A DNA stretch of 41,709 bases from an uncultured Deinococcales bacterium. Its GTDB lineage: Bacteria > Deinococcota > Deinococci > Deinococcales > JAAFIG01. How positions within the stretch are numbered: position 1 is the first letter of the stretch; every line of letters starts with the position of its first letter. Shown piece by piece: positions 36,854 through 41,709 of this stretch. The stretch spans positions 1-41,709 of the forward strand of contig CAXTTL010000011.1 of the NCBI GenBank assembly GCA_964247135.1, read 5' to 3'. The notes under the pieces were generated by a model. It ran no database searches. It was not told the origin of the DNA and saw only the letters and a list, made by a program, of their open reading frames with translations. A program made the position numbers and the translations under genes.

Positions 36854-37537
36854 TCAATCGCTGCTGTCAGATCGAGCAAATCCGTGAGCGATGTCTTTCT
36901 CGAGTTGCGCCCAGCCTGCCGAATCCAAGTTTTGGTAATGGGCGTACATTTTTTTGATCGGTTGAAGCTCTGCCTTTCTCAAGGCATCCTTTCCGCTGTC
37001 GCTGAGACTCCAAACCGTGCCAAAAAGCTTTTTTTGCTTCTCGACCATTCCACGTTGCAATAGGTTGTTGCGCATCAAATCCACAACAACCACGGACGGA
37101 TATTGATTGCCAAACAATTCAAACACCAAGTCAGAGACTTCCAGGGGTTGATCTTGAGGCTTGTCAAGAATGGTTGCCTCGAACATGTTGTTGTGCCAAG
37201 GGTTGTGATTTTGCAGTCGTTGCAAATGCGACCTGGGTTTTTGAAGTCCAGCCACCGATTTTAAGATGCCGCCCATCAAGCTTCCGACTTTGCCCAAACC
37301 GTTCAATTGATCCAAAGTCTGTGCCATCCCCTTTGATTCCAGTTGCTTGAGCTGGAGCGTCTGAACCGCAAGGTTCGCCAAAATGCCAGCACGCACCAGT
37401 TCGATTGCCAAAAGCCTTCGGTTGACTTTGCGTTTGTTGGTTAACACCTCCAACGAACTGATTTCTGGCGAGGCTCGAGGTTGAACAAATTGATCGGCGT
37501 GTAAATAAACCAACTCACTTGGCGAGAGTCCACTCAT
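36854..37537 (-). CDS. Hypothetical protein
   Basis: Long ORF; TACACT 6 nt before ATG 37537. Confidence 0.7.
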   Translation of the reverse strand: MSGLSPSELVYLHADQFVQPRASPEISSLEVLTNKRKVNRRLLAIELVRAGILANLAVQTLQLKQLESKGMAQTLDQLNGLGKVGSLMGGILKSVAGLQKPRSHLQRLQNHNPWHNNMFEATILDKPQDQPLEVSDLVFELFGNQYPSVVVVDLMRNNLLQRGMVEKQKKLFGTVWSLSDSGKDALRKAELQPIKKMYAHYQNLDSAGWAQLEKDIAHGFARSDSSD

Positions 37538-37589
37538 TCCATGAGTGTAACGTTTCAGGCAGCCTATCCAGTGTCGAAATCGAACATGC

Positions 37590-38117
37590 TTAGTTTTTTT
37601 CAACCCGACCCACGTACCGAATCAAATCGAGCTGCGGCGGGTCAAAACCCAACTGCCGAGTCAGCAGCATGATTTGTGCGGTGTGTCTGACTTCATGTTG
37701 CATCACGTGCCAGAGCACCTCACCCACCGAAAAAAATTCTTGCCCTGTTTTTCGAGGCATTGAAATTTTAGCGTTCAGCATTTCAGGCTCAAGTTTTTCC
37801 AAGTATCCCAAGGTGCTTTTTTCGACCGCCACCCAGTACTCGAGCATCCAATCAAGGCTGTCGCTGGCATGGTTTGCCTTTTCAAAATCTTGTGGGAAAC
37901 CGCTGGTGATTTCCCAGATGGGCTGGTCTTTTAGAATATCCTCGTGAAGCCAGGAATCTTCGATGATCGGGATGTGAACCACCAAGTCCTTGATCGAACG
38001 AAAGCGCGTGCCAGGAATCACATCCCTCGAGATGGCTTCATCTGGCAATGACCGCAAGAACGTGAACAGATCGCGGCGTGAACGCACCAAATAATCATAA
38101 AAAATCTTTTCGGTCAT
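37590..38117 (-). CDS. DinB/YfiT family protein
   Basis: SIKDLVVHI and HVMQHEVRHTAQI His motifs. Confidence 0.88.
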   Translation of the reverse strand: MTEKIFYDYLVRSRRDLFTFLRSLPDEAISRDVIPGTRFRSIKDLVVHIPIIEDSWLHEDILKDQPIWEITSGFPQDFEKANHASDSLDWMLEYWVAVEKSTLGYLEKLEPEMLNAKISMPRKTGQEFFSVGEVLWHVMQHEVRHTAQIMLLTRQLGFDPPQLDLIRYVGRVEKN

Positions 38118-38216
38118 GAAAAACCCCAAACATCGCACAGCCAAAACCCGAGCGACCCACTCGAGACTGATGGATTTGAACGATTTTAGATTGAGTCAAT
38201 TGCGGTAAATCTTGCC

Positions 38217-38254
38217 AAAAAATGGTTGGTTGACCAATGATACAGCAACCAACC
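38217..38254 (-). terminator. Probable terminator downstream of the aldo/keto reductase
   Basis: GGTTGGTTG...CAACCAACC 9-bp stem followed by a T-run on the minus strand. Confidence 0.55.
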
Positions 38255-38295
38255 GCTTATTGGGTTTTGCGAGCCATTCTTGCCGTCAGCCAAGC

Positions 38296-39276
38296 TTAAA
38301 CGTGACCACTGATGTTGTGCGGTTGGTACAATTCCTCGAGCTTCACCACCTCTTCAGGGCTTAACTTCAACTCGAGCGCCGCAATCGCATCCTCGAGGTG
38401 ATTCATTTTGCTCGCGCCGACAATCGGTGCGGTGATAAATGGTTTCTCGAGCATCCAAGCCAGCGCCACCTGGGCATTTGACACGCCTCGAGCGGTGGCA
38501 ATTTCGGTCACACGATCCACAATGTCAAAGTCGCTGGCGCTGTAGAGCGTTTCCGCAAAGGCATCGCTGTTGGCTCGAGCCGAAAGTTTCTCGCCCTCTC
38601 GGGTGCGGTTGCCGGTCAGCGTGCCCCTCGCCAGCGGACTCCAGGGAATCATGCCCACGCCCATGTCCTCGAGTAGCCCAACCATTTCACGCTCTTCTTC
38701 GCGGTAGAGAAGATTGTAATGATTTTGCATCGAAACAAATTTTGTAAAGCCGTGTTTTTCGGCAATGTGCTGCATTTTGGCAAACTGCCAGGCGTACATG
38801 CTCGAGGCGCCGATATAACGAACCAAACCAGACTTGACCAGATCATGCAGCGCTTCCATCGTTTCCTCGACGGGCGTGTTCGGGTCAAAACGGTGAATCT
38901 GATACAAATCAAGATAATCCATCTCGAGGCGCTTTAAACTGTCATGCACCGCCTGAAAAATGTGCTTGCGCGATAAACCCTGCCCGTTGGGTTTGTTGCC
39001 GCCGACCGAAAAAAAGACTTTGCTGGCAACCACCACATCTTCCCGTGCGGCGTATTTTTTCAGTAACTTCCCCGTAATCACTTCGCTCGCGCCGGCGCTG
39101 TAGGCGTTGGCGGTGTCAAAAAAGTTGATGCCAGCCTCGATGGCGCGTTTGACGAACGGGTCGGACTCCGCAAGTGGCAATGACCACGCTCGAGACGCTG
39201 GATCACCGTAGGTCATCATGCCGAGGCAAATTCTCGAGACGCTCAAGCCAGAATTTCCGAGTCGTTTGTAATTCAT
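38296..39276 (-). CDS. Aldo/keto reductase
   Basis: GINFFDTANAYS, DLYQIHRFD, MQNHYNLLYREEE and PWSPLARG motifs. Confidence 0.96.
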   Translation of the reverse strand: MNYKRLGNSGLSVSRICLGMMTYGDPASRAWSLPLAESDPFVKRAIEAGINFFDTANAYSAGASEVITGKLLKKYAAREDVVVASKVFFSVGGNKPNGQGLSRKHIFQAVHDSLKRLEMDYLDLYQIHRFDPNTPVEETMEALHDLVKSGLVRYIGASSMYAWQFAKMQHIAEKHGFTKFVSMQNHYNLLYREEEREMVGLLEDMGVGMIPWSPLARGTLTGNRTREGEKLSARANSDAFAETLYSASDFDIVDRVTEIATARGVSNAQVALAWMLEKPFITAPIVGASKMNHLEDAIAALELKLSPEEVVKLEELYQPHNISGHV

Positions 39277-39388
39277 ATCAAAAGTTTAACGCTTCTGATT
39301 TCAAAACCATTGTCAGCTCGAGTACTTGTTTGATGAACCCTCGAAGACCTCACACGATTCTTGTTTAAATCTCGAGCATAATTTTTTC

Positions 39389-40498
39389 ATGAACGCCATT
39401 CGCGGTACAACCCAGCCAGAATCAAGAATCGAAAACAACACCCGAACTCGAGTTTCCTGGGGTGCCGATCTGGTCACGATTGTTCTGGGTTTGTGGTTGA
39501 TCGGTGGGGTTTTCGCCGATGGTTTCGCGCACAACAACTTAAGAAACACCCTTGACAGCTTTTTCTCGCCCTGGCACGCCATTTTATACTCTGGATTTAC
39601 CGCCACCGCACTGTGGATTGCTTGGCTGGTCGCCGGTCAAGCTCGAGCCGGCTTGCGTGGTCTGAATGCCCTGCCCATCGGTTACGAATGGGGCGCGTTG
39701 GGTATCATCGTGTTTGGTTTGGGCGGCGTTGGCGATCTGATCTGGCACAGCCTTTTTGGCATCGAAGTCGGTACGAGCGCCCTGCTCTCGCCAACCCATT
39801 TGATGCTGCTGGCTGGCGGGGTCATGATCCTGACCAGCCCAGTCCGTAGCGCTTGGAACTCGAGCATGGGTGCCAAACCGAAGTTCCTCGAGTTTCTGCC
39901 AGCGCTGCTGGGTTCGTTTGCCGCGTTTAGTTTTGTCACGTTCATGCACATGTACAACTGGGGGCTAACCAGCTTGCCCACGTCCAAATCGTTCATGGAC
40001 CGAATTTCTTACGGCAGCGATCACTTTATCGAATACCTGCACCGTGAGGCGGCGGGCGGCATTTTGTTCTCAAACGTGATTTTGGTCGGTGTGGCATTGC
40101 TCTTGTTGCGCCGCTGGCAGACTCCCTTTGGCACGTTCACCATCATTTACGGCGTCAACACGACCATCATGAGTTACATGCTCGGCGGTTCGACCAGTGG
40201 TCTGGTCGCGCCGATCATTGCCGGTTTTGGGGCGGGCATCATCACCGACATTCTGGTGCAGGTGCTTCAACCCAAACCAACTCGGGTTTTTGAATGGCGC
40301 TTGTTTGCGGCACTCGTGCCGCTGGTGACTTGGAGTTTGCATTTTATGACGGTTGCCTTTTTATCCGACGGCGGCATTGGCTTAAACCGCGAATTCTGGA
40401 CGGGGATTATTGTCATGAGTGCATTTTCTGGATTGGTTTTGAGTGTACTGTCAGTCCCAGGAACAACACCAGAAACGCCCTCTAAGCTCGAGCCTTAA
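39389..40498 (+). CDS. Polytopic membrane protein with two D-x3-H...SPxH motifs
   Basis: About 10 hydrophobic helices; DGFAH...FFSPWH and DLIWH...LLSPTH. Confidence 0.8.
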   Translation: MNAIRGTTQPESRIENNTRTRVSWGADLVTIVLGLWLIGGVFADGFAHNNLRNTLDSFFSPWHAILYSGFTATALWIAWLVAGQARAGLRGLNALPIGYEWGALGIIVFGLGGVGDLIWHSLFGIEVGTSALLSPTHLMLLAGGVMILTSPVRSAWNSSMGAKPKFLEFLPALLGSFAAFSFVTFMHMYNWGLTSLPTSKSFMDRISYGSDHFIEYLHREAAGGILFSNVILVGVALLLLRRWQTPFGTFTIIYGVNTTIMSYMLGGSTSGLVAPIIAGFGAGIITDILVQVLQPKPTRVFEWRLFAALVPLVTWSLHFMTVAFLSDGGIGLNREFWTGIIVMSAFSGLVLSVLSVPGTTPETPSKLEP

Positions 40499-40868
40499 AA
40501 AAATCCGCCACTATTTTGGCGGTGAAAATCAAAGCCAGTAGCCAAATCACAATCATGAACGCCGCCGCAACATAACTGACGGGTTTGGATTCGGCTTTGG
40601 ACGCCTGCACTCGAGCGTCCTCGAGCACGTTTTTCGGCACGAGTTTCATGACCAACCAAATGCCGGCAGGCACCAGAATCAAATCGTCCAACAATCCCAA
40701 AACCGGAATGGCATCTGGAATCAAATCAAACGGCGAGAGCGCATAGCCCACCACCACAAACGCCAAACCTCGAGCGTACCAGGGCGTGCGGGTGTCTCGA
40801 GCCACAAAATAAAGGGTCATGACCTCGTGCTTGAGGCGTTTGGCGGCGGTTTTGAATTGCTCGAGCAT
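40482..40868 (-). CDS. YkvA/DUF1232 family protein
   Basis: RTPWYAR and [21 protein letters not shown] motifs. Confidence 0.9.
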   Translation of the reverse strand: MLEQFKTAAKRLKHEVMTLYFVARDTRTPWYARGLAFVVVGYALSPFDLIPDAIPVLGLLDDLILVPAGIWLVMKLVPKNVLEDARVQASKAESKPVSYVAAAFMIVIWLLALIFTAKIVADFFKARA

Positions 40869-40873
40869 CGGTT

Positions 40874-41709
40874 TTAAGCATCGCCAAGAAGCGCATCGAC
40901 AAATTCTTTGGCGTCAAACGGCTGCAAGTCCTCTTTGCTTTCACCGACCCCAATAAACTTGAGCGGTACGCCAAGTTCGCGCACAATCGGCACGACGATG
41001 CCGCCCTTGGCGGTGCCGTCGAGTTTGGTCACGATCACGCCAGTCAATCCCACCGCCTCATGGAACTTTTTGGCTTGCTCCAGACCGTTCTGCCCGGTGA
41101 CCGCGTCGAGCACCAACCAGATTTCGGCGGGTTCTTTGGGGTCGGCTTTGGTGATGGTGCGTTTGACTTTTTTCAATTCTTCCATCAGGTTGTGTTTGGT
41201 GTGCAGCCGCCCTGCGGTGTCCACGAACAACAAATCTGTCCCTCGAGCCAGTCTGGCACTGGCGGCATCGAACGCCACCGCCGCAGGGTCGCTGCCGTCG
41301 GCGCCTTGCACCACATGAATGCCCAGGCGTTCGCCCCAAACGCCCAGTTGCGCCCCCGCCGCAGCGCGGAAGGTGTCGCCCGCAGCAAACATCACGGTTT
41401 TGCCCGCGTTTTGGTAATACTCGCCCAGTTTGGCAATCGTGGTGGTTTTGCCCACGCCGTTCACACCGATCATCAAAATCACTTTGCCTTTAGGTTCGAG
41501 CAAGGATTTTTTGGCGTCGGGTGTAAAACCCGCCGCACGAATTTTAGCCCTGAACTTGTCAGGCTCGAGTTGCTGGGTTAACGCCTGCGCCAGCGCGTCG
41601 CGCAAATCTTTTTTGCCCGTTTCACGCATTTGGGCTTTGACATCTTCCAGAATGTCTTTGGCTGCCGCCCCGCCCACATCTGCGCCGATCAGGGCAAACT
41701 CCAAATCCT
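40874..41709 (-). CDS. ftsY: Signal recognition particle receptor (5' end outside window)
   Basis: [29 protein letters not shown] and [10 protein letters not shown] motifs. Confidence 0.97.
   Translation of the reverse strand, partial: DLEFALIGADVGGAAAKDILEDVKAQMRETGKKDLRDALAQALTQQLEPDKFRAKIRAAGFTPDAKKSLLEPKGKVILMIGVNGVGKTTTIAKLGEYYQNAGKTVMFAAGDTFRAAAGAQLGVWGERLGIHVVQGADGSDPAAVAFDAASARLARGTDLLFVDTAGRLHTKHNLMEELKKVKRTITKADPKEPAEIWLVLDAVTGQNGLEQAKKFHEAVGLTGVIVTKLDGTAKGGIVVPIVRELGVPLKFIGVGESKEDLQPFDAKEFVDALLGDA

Larger units (their letters stand above)
167..41569. repeat. Highly iterated palindrome CTCGAG dispersed across the window
   Basis: Hand count of about 73 sites in 1-10 kb and about 155 in 1-20 kb; still abundant thereafter. 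Confidence 0.95.

Noticed and set aside
1-41709. CTCGAG repeats as CRISPR, tandem repeat or cloning artefact
   Set aside because: Spacing is irregular, flanks are not conserved, and sites lie within intact conserved ORFs in all frames.

Overview
Gene-dense chromosomal segment (GC roughly low-50s %, judged by eye) of a probable Deinococcota bacterium. The taxon is inferred from Thermus/Deinococcus-like citrate synthase, DUF4388 and MoaD-MoaE proteins, many leaderless-type promoters and a Thermus-type FadR box. Most of the window is housekeeping or metabolic: gltA, acyl-CoA dehydrogenase, rnhA, ald plus an Lrp regulator, truB, trmFO, an nrnA-like DHH gene, ftsY. No rRNA, tRNA, CRISPR array or transposase was seen. 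Two things stand out. (1) An unannotated 59-aa secreted peptide gene (22080-22259, ending CSGGNC) has its own RBS, promoter and terminator and lies directly upstream of a cytoplasmic TPR-GGDEF diguanylate cyclase. The TPR half is AT-rich and compositionally foreign. This is a candidate RRNPP-like peptide-sensing system wired to c-di-GMP, with an HD-GYP phosphodiesterase two genes away. (2) The palindrome CTCGAG is iterated at about 7-8 per kb across the window, HIP1-style. Other points: a putative AbrB/RelE-like toxin-antitoxin pair, GTAG-type REPs, a STAND-TPR regulator with a C-terminal SARP-like output, a phosphotransferase lacking a canonical start, a degenerate FMN oxidase, and a membrane protein with duplicated PmoC-like D-x3-H...H motifs. 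All calls come from reading motifs by eye; no database search was run.
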